A stretch of 64,000 bases of DNA from Betaproteobacteria bacterium (GCA_037127635.1 JBAXYD010000014.1:20067-84066), one strand, 5' to 3'; shown: positions 19,960 to 28,811, counted from the stretch's first letter. Translations and numbers: made by a program. The notes: generated by a model from the sequence alone, not told the origin.

Positions 19960-20916
19960 TCAGGCCCGTCCGCCCAGGACTTGCATCCAGATGGCCACGT
20001 CATCGATCAGGTGCCATTCGCGTATCACGCGCCCTGCTTCGAGCTCTGCGTGCGTGATACCCATGACTTCCACGCCGTGCCCGGTGGCACGGCCATAGCG
20101 GCCGTCGCCTGTGTGCCGTGTCTGCACGCGCCATCGCATGGCCAAGGGCGTGGCGCGGCCTGGACGGTCGTTCAGCGTCAGGTGCTCGATCACCGGCTCT
20201 GCACCGCGCAGGGCCTGGGCCATGCCGGCCCAGAAGGCAGCCAGCGCCGAGGCGCCCACCGCACGCTCTCCGCCTGGCAGGGCGGCGATGACGTCCGAGG
20301 CGTACAGCGACGAGGCATCAGAGCCTGTGCTGCCCGTCCACCGGGCCAGGAAGGCGCTGGCGTAGGACTGTGCCAACGCCGAGTTGTCGATCGCTGAACG
20401 GTAACTGCCAGGGGGTGGTGGCGCCACCGGCTTAGACCAACCACCCGCCGTGAGCAGCCAACGCTCGGCCAACTCGCGGGCGGACAGCCCGATCTGCCGG
20501 GCGATGGCAGCCTGGTCGCGCACCAGCCACTCATGAACGATGCGGTTGCCGACGCAAACGCAGTCGGCGATGGTGCGAACATGCACCGCTTGCCCACTTG
20601 GCGCGCCAAAGGCCCCCGGACCTGCATGCGTCATCGGGCTGAAGATGCGGTGTGAAGAGAGAAAGCCCTCGTCGTCGTTGCCAGAGACGATCACGTCCTC
20701 TGCCAGCAGGCGTCGGTCCGGAAAGGCTTTCAGCGTGGCCCAGGTGCCATCGATCACCGGCTGCACGCCCACGCTGACCGCCGAAGGCGTTTCGACCGCG
20801 CAGCCCTCACCGTAGTAACGGTGGATGTCATCGACCCTGCGCCCCTCCCAGATGCGGTCGGTGATGACGCGGATGTACTGGTCCAGGTCCTGGAACTCGG
20901 GGTCGAAGCCTTTCAT
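19960..20916 (-). CDS. Tandem SnoaL/ester-cyclase (NTF2-like) domain protein
   Basis: AFPDR, TH.G.G.FG.P.G, I..EW.V.D repeated twice. Confidence 0.82.
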   Translation of the reverse strand: MKGFDPEFQDLDQYIRVITDRIWEGRRVDDIHRYYGEGCAVETPSAVSVGVQPVIDGTWATLKAFPDRRLLAEDVIVSGNDDEGFLSSHRIFSPMTHAGPGAFGAPSGQAVHVRTIADCVCVGNRIVHEWLVRDQAAIARQIGLSARELAERWLLTAGGWSKPVAPPPPGSYRSAIDNSALAQSYASAFLARWTGSTGSDASSLYASDVIAALPGGERAVGASALAAFWAGMAQALRGAEPVIEHLTLNDRPGRATPLAMRWRVQTRHTGDGRYGRATGHGVEVMGITHAELEAGRVIREWHLIDDVAIWMQVLGGRA

Positions 20917-20926
20917 GCGGGCCTGT

Positions 20927-21967
20927 CTATGCGCTGGGGATGGGGGGTCGCCGGGCCGAGTCGCGCACGATCAACTCACCGGGGACCACGATGTTGCGGG
21001 CCACCGGGGTTGAGTCGTCGCGCAGGTAGTCTTGCAGCAGCGTGACCGTGGCCTCGATCATGGGATCGACGGGCTGCTCCACGGTGGTGAGGCTGTAGCT
21101 GGCCCAGGCGGCTTGCGGCACGTTGTCAAAGCCGATGACCGAGACGTCTTCAGGCACCCTCAACTTCAGTTCGTGACGAAGTGCATCCATCACGGCGAAG
21201 GCCATGTGGTCGCTGGCGACGAAGATGGCGTCGGGGTGCGCCTGGCCGCTGCGGAACATGTCGAGTGCCGCTCGCCGCGCTTGCTCGAAGTCATAGTTGC
21301 CGGTGGCACGCGCCCAGATGTGCAAGCCCGCATCAGCCAGACCCTCGCGAAACCCTTTTTCGCGCTCCAGGTTGGTGGAGGACTCTTCGTTGCCCGCGAT
21401 GAAAGCCACGCGCTGGTGCCCCGCCTGCGCCAGAAAACGGGCTACGGCCCGCCCGCCGGCGATGTTGTCGGAGCGCACCGAGCTCACCGCACCGGCGCTG
21501 CCCGTGGCCATGATCCGGTTGAACAGCACCACCGGGATGCTGGCGTCAGCGCAGTTGCGCGCCAGCGCGGACGACAGCGTGGAGGCCGCCAGCACGATGC
21601 CGTCCACGTGGTACTGCAGGATCTCCGACACCAGGTCGTCGGCATTCGGGTTGTGGTTGACGAACAGCAGCACGTGGTAGCCGTCATGCTGCAGGCGTTC
21701 GGCCAGCCGTTGAAGGGCCACCGGGTAGAAGAGGTTCTCCATCGCCGACAGCACCAGCCCAATGATGCGCGAGCGCTTGGTGATCAGGCTGCGTGCGTGC
21801 GCGTTGGGCCGGTAGCCCAGCTTCTGCGCGGCATCGAGCACGCGCTTTCGGGTGGCTTCTGACACGCTTGCGCCGGGCGTGAACGTTCGGCTGACCGCTG
21901 ATTGGGACACCTGGGCCAGGCGAGCGACATCGAAGGAGGTGACATTCGGCTTCATGGCCGCCATCAT
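20927..21967 (-). CDS. LacI-family transcriptional regulator
   Basis: TS.DVARLAQVSQSAVSR HTH, LGYRPN..ARSL hinge, VPEDVSVIGFD; start 21967 or 21955. Confidence 0.95.
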   Translation of the reverse strand: MMAAMKPNVTSFDVARLAQVSQSAVSRTFTPGASVSEATRKRVLDAAQKLGYRPNAHARSLITKRSRIIGLVLSAMENLFYPVALQRLAERLQHDGYHVLLFVNHNPNADDLVSEILQYHVDGIVLAASTLSSALARNCADASIPVVLFNRIMATGSAGAVSSVRSDNIAGGRAVARFLAQAGHQRVAFIAGNEESSTNLEREKGFREGLADAGLHIWARATGNYDFEQARRAALDMFRSGQAHPDAIFVASDHMAFAVMDALRHELKLRVPEDVSVIGFDNVPQAAWASYSLTTVEQPVDPMIEATVTLLQDYLRDDSTPVARNIVVPGELIVRDSARRPPIPSA

Positions 21968-22029
21968 GCCGTCTCTGGCGCGCTGGAGGTCCCAGCGCCC
22001 GATCTCGGGCCCCGATATGCCGTGCGCCG

Positions 22030-22803
22030 TCATGCGGCCGTCCAGCCGCCGTCGACCATCAGCGCCGTGCCGGTCACCAGTGCTGACGCATCGCTGGCCA
22101 GGAACACGAAGGCGCCCATCACGTCATCCAGCCGCCCGAGGCGCCCGAGCGCGATGCGGCTGCGCACCTGTTCTGCAAAGGCGGGGTCGGCCAGCATGGG
22201 CGCCGTCATGGCGGTTTCAATGAACGTGGGGCAAAGCGTATTGACGCGAATACCGTGCGGTCCCAGTTCCCAGGCCAGCGCCTTGGTCATGCCCTCCAGC
22301 GCGTGTTTGGTCGCGCAGTAGACCGCTCTTTTGGGCCCGCCCACATGGCCCATCTGTGACGACACGTTGATGATGGAGCCGCCTCGGCCGGCGGCGATCA
22401 TGCCGCGCGCGGCTTCGCGGGTGACCACCATGGCGCAGCGCACGTTGAGGTCCAGGACATCCTGCAGATCCTGGTCCGAGGTGTCGGTCAGCCTTGCCGG
22501 CCGGTTTGTGCCGGCGCTGTTAGCGACGATGTCCCACGGCCCGTTCTCTGCCATGCAACGGGCCACGGCTTGGGCATCGGTTACATCCAGCGAAAGCACC
22601 TGGGCCATGCCCCCGCGGGAGCGCACCGTGCCGGCCACCGCCTCCAGTTCATCTCGCGACCTGGCTGCAACCGTCACGTCAGCGCCGGCACCGGCCAGTG
22701 CACAGGCGCCTGCGGCGCCAATGCCGCGGCCCGCGCCCACGACCAGGGCACGTCGGCCGTCCAGGCGGAAGCTCGGAGTGAAGGGCAGATCCTGCAGGCT
22801 CAT
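22030..22803 (-). CDS. SDR family oxidoreductase
   Basis: GAGRGIG, SSQMG, YCATK, DGGWTA. Confidence 0.93.
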   Translation of the reverse strand: MSLQDLPFTPSFRLDGRRALVVGAGRGIGAAGACALAGAGADVTVAARSRDELEAVAGTVRSRGGMAQVLSLDVTDAQAVARCMAENGPWDIVANSAGTNRPARLTDTSDQDLQDVLDLNVRCAMVVTREAARGMIAAGRGGSIINVSSQMGHVGGPKRAVYCATKHALEGMTKALAWELGPHGIRVNTLCPTFIETAMTAPMLADPAFAEQVRSRIALGRLGRLDDVMGAFVFLASDASALVTGTALMVDGGWTAA

Positions 22804-22812
22804 GGCGAGAAA

Positions 22813-22826
22813 AGAATACGTATGCA
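22813..22826. promoter_or_regulatory. LacI-type operator AGAATACGTATGCA
   Basis: Immediately upstream of SDR start. Confidence 0.72.
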
Positions 22827-23003
22827 CTTTAAAGGATCGTGAACTGGACATCATGCGGGAAATCCCTCGCAACGCCTCAATTACTCCCATGCCCCATAAG
22901 TGGTCATGAGATTTGATAGCTGAGATCCAGGTATGGGCGACTTGTGCTGATAGCGCCACGGCAGCGTGAAAACCAGCACACAAACAAGACTCACCCTGCT
23001 TTC

Positions 23004-23017
23004 TGCATGCGTATGCG
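23004..23017. promoter_or_regulatory. LacI-type operator TGCATGCGTATGCG
   Basis: Second site ~190 bp upstream of SDR. Confidence 0.7.
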
Positions 23018-23244
23018 AAAGATTGCTCTCAACTGAGTGCAGCTGCTTCTTGCTTGGCGGCATTTGGCTGTGTGAGCGGCCTCGGTCTTGGCCGTTGAGG
23101 TAGCGGGCAGCGCGGCCTCGGCGAAGCCAAACGCTGGCGGCTCAGCGCCTTTCGCACCCCGACGTCCCTCGAACCGCTGCGTGAAGCTACGGCGTCGGCC
23201 TCCAGACCCGAGTTTGTGCGGCATCTTGAGGACGGTCCAGCTAC

Positions 23245-23411
23245 CTCAGCGCATCCAGCGCGACGCCGCCTCCAGCAGCCCCTGACGCACGCGTTGCTGG
23301 CGAGCCGGGTCGGTGTCGCCGCACGCCAGACGGCACATCCAGCCCGTGGGCGACTCGAAGTCGCAGTGGGAGGCGCCCGCAATCAGCTCGTCGCGCCGCT
23401 GCGCCGGCAGC
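23245..23411 (-). repeat. Direct repeat (left copy): duplicated 3' end of alpha/beta hydrolase
   Basis: 167 bp, ~10 mismatches to 24160-24326 by manual alignment. Confidence 0.92.
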
Positions 23412-23483
23412 AGGCTGGAGGCTCACCATGCGCTGCGGAGCGTCGTGGATGCGTTCTTCCGCGAGGCCCAAACACATGTCGAA

Positions 23484-23512
23484 TTGACCGTTGACCGGTC
23501 AACAGGTAAGCT
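23484..23512 (+). promoter_or_regulatory. sigma70 promoter of higBA with palindromic operator in the spacer
   Basis: TTGACC-17 bp-TAAGCT; perfect palindrome GTTGACCGGTCAAC at 23490-23503; ATG 7 nt after -10. Confidence 0.7.
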
Positions 23513-23519
23513 CTTTGCC

Positions 23520-23788
23520 ATGTCGATTCAGTCGTTCGCCTGCCCCGACACGGAGTGCCTTTTCACCACAGGAAAGTGTCGCCGGTTCGTCAACATCAAG
23601 AGCGTGGCCGAGCGCAAATTGGCCCAGCTCGACGCGGCGCCTTCCTCAGTTTCATGAAGGCCCCGCCAGGCAACGACCTGAAGGAATACGACGGTGCCTG
23701 GCATGTGCGAATCAACGACCAGTGGCGACTGACCTTCAAGTGGGGTGAGAGCGGCCCCTATGACGTGCTCATCGAAGACCCACACTGA
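23520..23788 (+). pseudogene. higB: HigB (RelE-superfamily) toxin, frameshifted
   Basis: MSIQSF...RKLAQLDAA in one frame, (A)FLSFMKAPPGN...VRINDQWRLTFKW in another; one base missing near 23640. Confidence 0.85.
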
Positions 23789-23835
23789 CCCAGGCCCGAC
23801 GGGCATTCGAACCCTGAACAGCAATGGAGAGCAAC

Positions 23836-24141
23836 ATGTTCAAGAACGGTATGCGTCCTGTCCACCCAGGTGAAATCTTGCTGGAGGACTACATCAAGCC
23901 CATGGGCGTCAGTGTGCGCGCCGTGGCCATGGCCCTGCATGTGCCTTACTCGCGCCTCAGCGAGATCATCAAGGGCGAGCGCGGCGTGTCGGCTGATACG
24001 GCTCTGCGCCTGGAGCGTTACTTCGGCAGCGAGGCCAAGGGTTGGTTGAACCTTCAGGCAGCCTACGAGTTGCGAATGGCCGAGATCGAGAACGGCAAAG
24101 CCATCGCCAAAGAGATCCAGCCGTTGGCGCTGGCCGCCTGA
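23836..24141 (+). CDS. higA: HigA antitoxin (XRE HTH)
   Basis: MRPVHPGEILLEDY, TALRLERYFG, WLNLQ. Confidence 0.95.
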   Translation: MFKNGMRPVHPGEILLEDYIKPMGVSVRAVAMALHVPYSRLSEIIKGERGVSADTALRLERYFGSEAKGWLNLQAAYELRMAEIENGKAIAKEIQPLALAA

Positions 24142-24160
24142 GCCACACCTGCCGGCCCGC

Positions 24161-24630
24161 TCAGCGCATCCACCGCCCCGCCGCCTCCAGCAGCCCCTGA
24201 CGCACCTGCTGCTGGTGAGCCGGGTCGGTGTCGCCGCACGCCAGACGGCACATCCAGTCCGTGGGCGACTCGAAGTCGCAGTGGGAGGCGCCCGCAATCA
24301 GCTCGTCGCGCCACAGCGCCGGCAGCGCGGTGGCCCAGGGGGCGGCCACGGCCTCGGCGTTGCAGCGCGAGGGCGGTGCGCGCAGCAGCAGGGCCTCAGT
24401 GCGCAGCCGTGTGGCCGCCGCCAGGCCCAGGCGCTCGGCCTCATCAGGCAGCGTGCGGTCGAACGGGTCCAGTCCGACGTAGCCGACCACGCCCGGCGTG
24501 TGGGCCGCCAGCAGGCTGGACAGCCCGCCGGCCGAAAAGCCCACCAGCATGACCCGCTCCACCGGAGCCCCGAAGGTTCCGCCCGCACGCAGCGCGCCCA
24601 CCAGCGCGGCCAGGGCGCGGGCGTGTGCTG
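24161..24630 (-). pseudogene. alpha/beta hydrolase C-terminal fragment (5' part missing); includes right direct-repeat copy 24160-24326
   Basis: LVGFSAGG nucleophile elbow, GLDP.D, GASHCDFE; no credible N-terminus before the SRPBCC stop. Confidence 0.7.
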
Positions 24631-24671
24631 GCGGACAGCCCGCGCCCGACGAACAACTGGCAACCGTCCGG

Positions 24672-25157
24672 TCAGGTCTCGCTCTGCACCATCTCGACCA
24701 ATTGGCTGAGCGCGGCTGACCATCCGGCCTCGAAGCCCATGGCCTCGTGGGCATCGCGCCCGGCCGCGTCTACATGGTACAGCTGCGCCTGGTAGCGCGT
24801 ACCGCCGTCGGGAAGCCGGTCGAAGCGCAGTTCGCACACGAATCCGAAGCCCGGCTGGGCCACGGCCTGCGGCAAATAGCCGGGCCCCAGCAGATTGGTC
24901 CACACCAGCCGGTGCGGGGCCTCGACCGCCAGAAAGCAGCCCACCCCTTCCGGAAGGGGTTGCCCTTGCGGGGCCTGCATCGTGGTGCAGAAGGCGCCGC
25001 CGGGCCGAGGATCGATCCTGCAGGCCACCACACGCCAGGGCCTGGGGCAGAACCAGGGCATCAGGCGCTCGGGTACGGTCCAGCCCTCAAAGCACTGCTC
25101 TGGGCTGATAGGCACCTCCCGCAGCAAACGCAAGGTCAAGTCGGGGTGTGGGTTCAT
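24672..25157 (-). CDS. SRPBCC/Aha1-like domain protein
   Basis: WT.PE.L..WF.P.PW, D.RPGG.F, H..MGF..GW. Confidence 0.88.
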   Translation of the reverse strand: MNPHPDLTLRLLREVPISPEQCFEGWTVPERLMPWFCPRPWRVVACRIDPRPGGAFCTTMQAPQGQPLPEGVGCFLAVEAPHRLVWTNLLGPGYLPQAVAQPGFGFVCELRFDRLPDGGTRYQAQLYHVDAAGRDAHEAMGFEAGWSAALSQLVEMVQSET

Positions 25158-25229
25158 GGGCCAGAGTCTAAGGACTGTGAGGCCCGGCGATGGCCGCGCG
25201 GGCGGCCGTCGCCTTTGCCCCAACCAGCC

Positions 25230-25319
25230 TTCGATCCCCGCATCGCGGGCGGTGCGCTCGATGAGGCCGACCGTGCTGCGGCACTTGCTGCAGCCCGAGC
25301 CCAGCACCTTGACTTTCAT
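25230..25319 (-). pseudogene. N-terminal fragment of small redox-active disulfide (thioredoxin-like, MTH895 type) protein
   Basis: MKVKVLGSGCSKC motif; similarity ends after ~30 aa. Confidence 0.7.
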
Positions 25320-25671
25320 ACGGATGGACACTTTTCGAGTGTGTACTGCTGAATCGTTTGCCCGCATTGATGCTGATCGCGCACAAACCAAGTTCAACAG
25401 GGGTGCGCTCGAGAGATCGTGAAGGCCATACCGCGAGGTCGGCTGTGCTTGCGCTTTTCATCGGCCCCGCATGATCCAGGTCATGGGCGATTCGGGCTTG
25501 TGGGCGCACAGTACCTGGGGAGGATGTCCCCGTGAGAGTGAAAGTGCTGGGCCTGCGCAGCGGCGAGTCCCGCCGAGAGTTCGGAGCTAGTGACCCGCTT
25601 GCCGCCGCCAAGGCGAACCGCAGGCGGGTGCTTGCGCCTCGGCAAACGGGACGATGGGGCGGGGCTGGCCG

Positions 25672-26928
25672 ATGACGGCCGCTCAGCTGCTGGGCCTGAT
25701 CACCGCGGCGTTGTTGGCGCAACTGACGGTGGGCGTTGGCGTGGTGATGCTGCGCCGGCGTTCAAGACTGAAGTTGGCGCCACTGGCAGGCCCCGCGGAC
25801 AGGGCAGTCCGCACGCACACCGCCTGGGTCGGATGGCGCGAGTTCCGGGTGGCGGAGCGCGTGATCGAGGACGCTCAGGGCTCCCAGTGCTCGTTCCACC
25901 TGAAGCCCGTGGATGGCCAGCCCTTGCCGGCCTTCAAGCCGGGCCAGTTCCTGACTTTCTCGTTGGAGCTGGGGCCGAGCGCACCGCAGCCGGGTGCCAC
26001 CCCACTCACCGCCACACGCTGCTACTCGCTGTCGGACGGCCCTGACCCGACCCGCTACCGCGTCACCATCAAGCGTGTACCGGCGCCCGAAGACCACACT
26101 GACTGGCGGCCAGGCCTGTGTTCCAGCCACTTTCATGATCACGTGCAGGTGGGGGACGTGCTGCGCGTGAAGGCGCCGGCGGGACACTTCTTCATCGACC
26201 CGGACCCGGGCGTGCCGGTGGTGTTGATCGGCGGCGGCATCGGCATCACCCCCATGATGAGCATGCTGCGCTGGTGCGTGCAGCACCAGCCGCAGCGGCC
26301 GGTGCACCTGTTCTACGGTTTGCGCAGCAGCCAGGAGCATGCCTTCAAGCGGGCGCTGGAAGACCTGGCGGCTTCAGCGTCGGCGCTGCGCCTGCACGTC
26401 GTCTACAGCCGGCCCGGTGCTGAAGACCTGCTGGGGCGCGACTACCAGCACCGTGGACATGTGGATGTGGACCTGCTGCGCCGCACCCTGCCGCACGGCA
26501 GACACCAGTTCTACGTATGCGGTCCGGCCCCGATGATGCAGACCCTGGTGCCGGCGCTGGCGGACTGGGGCGTGGCAGCGGCGGACATCCACCACGAAGC
26601 CTTCGGCCCGGCGTCCGTGAAGGTGCCCGGGCTGCCCGGGCTCCCAGGCGAACCCATGACGGCCGCAGCCACGAGCTTCGAAGTGAAGTTGCAGCGCTCG
26701 GGACGCACCCTCACGTGGAGCGGCCAGGAGACTTCGCTGCTGGAGTTTGTGGAACGTCACGGGGTGGAGGTGGCGTCGGGTTGCCGTTCGGGCGGCTGCG
26801 GCAGTTGCGAGACCCGGGTGCTGGAGGGCCGGGTGCTTTACGCGCAGGCACCCGACCATGAGGTGGCCCCGGGCCACTGCCTGCTGTGCGTGGGCCGGCC
26901 AGCTTCGGCACTGGTGCTGGAGGCTTGA
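25672..26928 (+). CDS. Membrane-anchored FAD/NAD(P)-binding oxidoreductase with C-terminal 2Fe-2S ferredoxin
   Basis: N-terminal TM helix; RCYSLS, GGGIGITP, YVCGP, EAFG, CRSGGCGSC...C. Confidence 0.9.
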   Translation: MTAAQLLGLITAALLAQLTVGVGVVMLRRRSRLKLAPLAGPADRAVRTHTAWVGWREFRVAERVIEDAQGSQCSFHLKPVDGQPLPAFKPGQFLTFSLELGPSAPQPGATPLTATRCYSLSDGPDPTRYRVTIKRVPAPEDHTDWRPGLCSSHFHDHVQVGDVLRVKAPAGHFFIDPDPGVPVVLIGGGIGITPMMSMLRWCVQHQPQRPVHLFYGLRSSQEHAFKRALEDLAASASALRLHVVYSRPGAEDLLGRDYQHRGHVDVDLLRRTLPHGRHQFYVCGPAPMMQTLVPALADWGVAAADIHHEAFGPASVKVPGLPGLPGEPMTAAATSFEVKLQRSGRTLTWSGQETSLLEFVERHGVEVASGCRSGGCGSCETRVLEGRVLYAQAPDHEVAPGHCLLCVGRPASALVLEA

Positions 26929-27521
26929 TGCTGCAGAAGACCCAAAAGGCCCGACTCCTGCGGCGTGAAGTGCTGCCCTTCGTGGCGAGCTTTGCGCTGC
27001 TCGCGCTGCTGGCGCTGGCGCTGGACGGCCTGCTGCACGCGCTGGACCTGCTGTGGGTGGGCCGCTGGCTGGGGATTCCCGGCACCCTGCTGATCATCGC
27101 CTCCACCGTGTACTCGTTGCGCAAGCGCAAGCTCATCCGCCGCGGCCAGCCAGCCCAGCTGCTGAAGTGGCACGAGTCGCTCGCGTGGCTGGGCTCGTTG
27201 CTGGTGCTGGTGCATGCCGGCGTGCACTTCAACGCCATCCTGGGCTGGCTGGCGGTCTGGGCCATGCTGATCAATGTGGGCAGCGGCCTGACGGGCAAGT
27301 TCCTGCTGGAGCGATCACGTCGTCGCATGGAGGAAGCCCGGCAGCGCCTGCGCGTGGGGGGCCTGCCCGAGGCCGAGCTCGAGAACCAGCTGTACTGGGA
27401 CAGCCTGACCTTCGACGCCGTCAAGCAGTGGCGCGTGGTGCACTTTCCCATCACCCTGGCTTTTGCCGTGCTGGCCACGGCGCACATCGTGGCCGTCTTC
27501 CTGTTCTGGGGCTGGAATTGA
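26928..27521 (+). CDS. Integral membrane protein with conserved TM histidines (possible b-type cytochrome)
   Basis: ~5 hydrophobic segments; WHE, VHAGVHF, VHFP, AHI; TGATG overlap. Confidence 0.65.
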   Translation: MLQKTQKARLLRREVLPFVASFALLALLALALDGLLHALDLLWVGRWLGIPGTLLIIASTVYSLRKRKLIRRGQPAQLLKWHESLAWLGSLLVLVHAGVHFNAILGWLAVWAMLINVGSGLTGKFLLERSRRRMEEARQRLRVGGLPEAELENQLYWDSLTFDAVKQWRVVHFPITLAFAVLATAHIVAVFLFWGWN

Positions 27522-28258
27522 AGAAGAAGCGCCCGGTACTGCTCATCGTCATTGCGCTCAATCTGGTGGCGTTGATCGCACTGGCCTTCGCCTACCCGCA
27601 CCTGATGGTGAGCCCGGGGCCGCTGGTGAAGGGGCACGAGGAGCTGGCCACCGACTGCTTTGCCTGCCACGCGGCCTGGCGCGGGGCGTCCACCCAGCGC
27701 TGCACGGCGTGCCACGCCGTGGCCGATGTGGGCCTGAAGACCACGCAGGGTGTGCCGATCCCGAACCGCACGGTCAAGGTCTCGTTTCACCAGCAGCTCA
27801 TCGAGCAGGACTGCATGGCCTGCCACAGCGACCACCAGGGGCCCAGGCTCACCAAACGCAGCCGCAAGCCGTTCTCGCACGCGTTGCTGGTCGCGTCCGT
27901 GCGCGAGCAGTGCTCGTCATGCCACGTGGCGCCGAAAGACACGATGCACCGGTTCGTGCAGGCCGAGTGCAGCCAGTGCCACGCCTCCCAGGCCTGGAAG
28001 CCCGCGACCTTCGATCACACCCGCTTCTTCGTCCTGGACCGCGATCACAACGCAGCCTGCGAGACCTGCCACCAGAACCATGACTACAGCCGCTACACCT
28101 GCTACGGGTGTCACGAGCACTCGCAGGCCAATGTCCGCGCCAAGCACCTCAAGGAAGGCATCCGGGACTTTCAAAACTGCGTGGAGTGCCATCGCGACCC
28201 CGGTGTGGAGCCGAAGGAACACGGGGGCCGGGAGCGGGGCCGGCGCGAGCGGGATTGA
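27518..28258 (+). CDS. Octaheme c-type cytochrome (class III-like), membrane anchored
   Basis: 8 CXXCH (CFACH, CTACH, CMACH, CSSCH, CSQCH, CETCH, CYGCH, CVECH); N-terminal basic+TM segment; TTG start. Confidence 0.9.
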   Translation: MKKKRPVLLIVIALNLVALIALAFAYPHLMVSPGPLVKGHEELATDCFACHAAWRGASTQRCTACHAVADVGLKTTQGVPIPNRTVKVSFHQQLIEQDCMACHSDHQGPRLTKRSRKPFSHALLVASVREQCSSCHVAPKDTMHRFVQAECSQCHASQAWKPATFDHTRFFVLDRDHNAACETCHQNHDYSRYTCYGCHEHSQANVRAKHLKEGIRDFQNCVECHRDPGVEPKEHGGRERGRRERD

Positions 28259-28260
28259 GC

Positions 28261-28295
28261 GCGGGTCCCAAGGCGATGGCGTCCCTTGGGGGGCG
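28261..28295 (+). repeat. Truncated palindromic element copy
   Basis: GTCCCAAGGCG...CCCTTGGGGGGC between convergent genes. Confidence 0.55.
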
Positions 28296-28298
28296 CAG

Positions 28299-28811
28299 TC
28301 AGTCGTGCGCCCCGGGCGGCTCCTTCAACTCGGCCAGCATCTTCTGCGCCTCGGCTGACAGGGCGGTCAGGGCGCGGCCCAGCACATCGTAGTCAGCGTC
28401 GTCCAGGCTGGCCCGCAGACGGTCGTGCCGGGACTGCGAACCCACGATGCCCTGTCGCAGGACCTGGATGCCCGCCTCGGTCACAGTCAGACGCTGGCGC
28501 CGACGATCGGCCTGGTCGCTGTCCATGGCGATCAGCCCCTTGTCGACCAGTTCATAGCTGGCACGGCTGACCTGGCTGTGGTCCAGGCGCGTGGCTGCAG
28601 CCACCTGTCCTGAAGTGGCGGGCCCCAAGCGGTTGAGCATCACCAGCACCCGCCACTGCCGGCTTGACAGCCCCAACTCCTGGCTCACCGAGCCCTCCAC
28701 CACGCGCGACAGAAGTTGCGACAGCACCGAGACGCGGAACGTGATCAGCTCCTCGGGTTCGTGACGGCGCAACGCTGACGCGCTCACCATAGCGATCTTT
28801 TTACTTGTCAT
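28299..28811 (-). CDS. MarR-family regulator
   Basis: LS..QWRVL, D.SQVSR...LV.KGL, DRR....T..G; start 28811 or 28790. Confidence 0.92.
   Translation of the reverse strand: MTSKKIAMVSASALRRHEPEELITFRVSVLSQLLSRVVEGSVSQELGLSSRQWRVLVMLNRLGPATSGQVAAATRLDHSQVSRASYELVDKGLIAMDSDQADRRRQRLTVTEAGIQVLRQGIVGSQSRHDRLRASLDDADYDVLGRALTALSAEAQKMLAELKEPPGAHD

Noticed and set aside
22991-23240. Small ORFs between the SDR promoter and the left repeat
   Set aside because: No recognisable motif or RBS; likely junction debris
25672-26928. Possible missing reductase for NagGH
   Set aside because: Has a TM anchor, C-terminal ferredoxin and tight coupling to the cytochrome module; no evidence of a link
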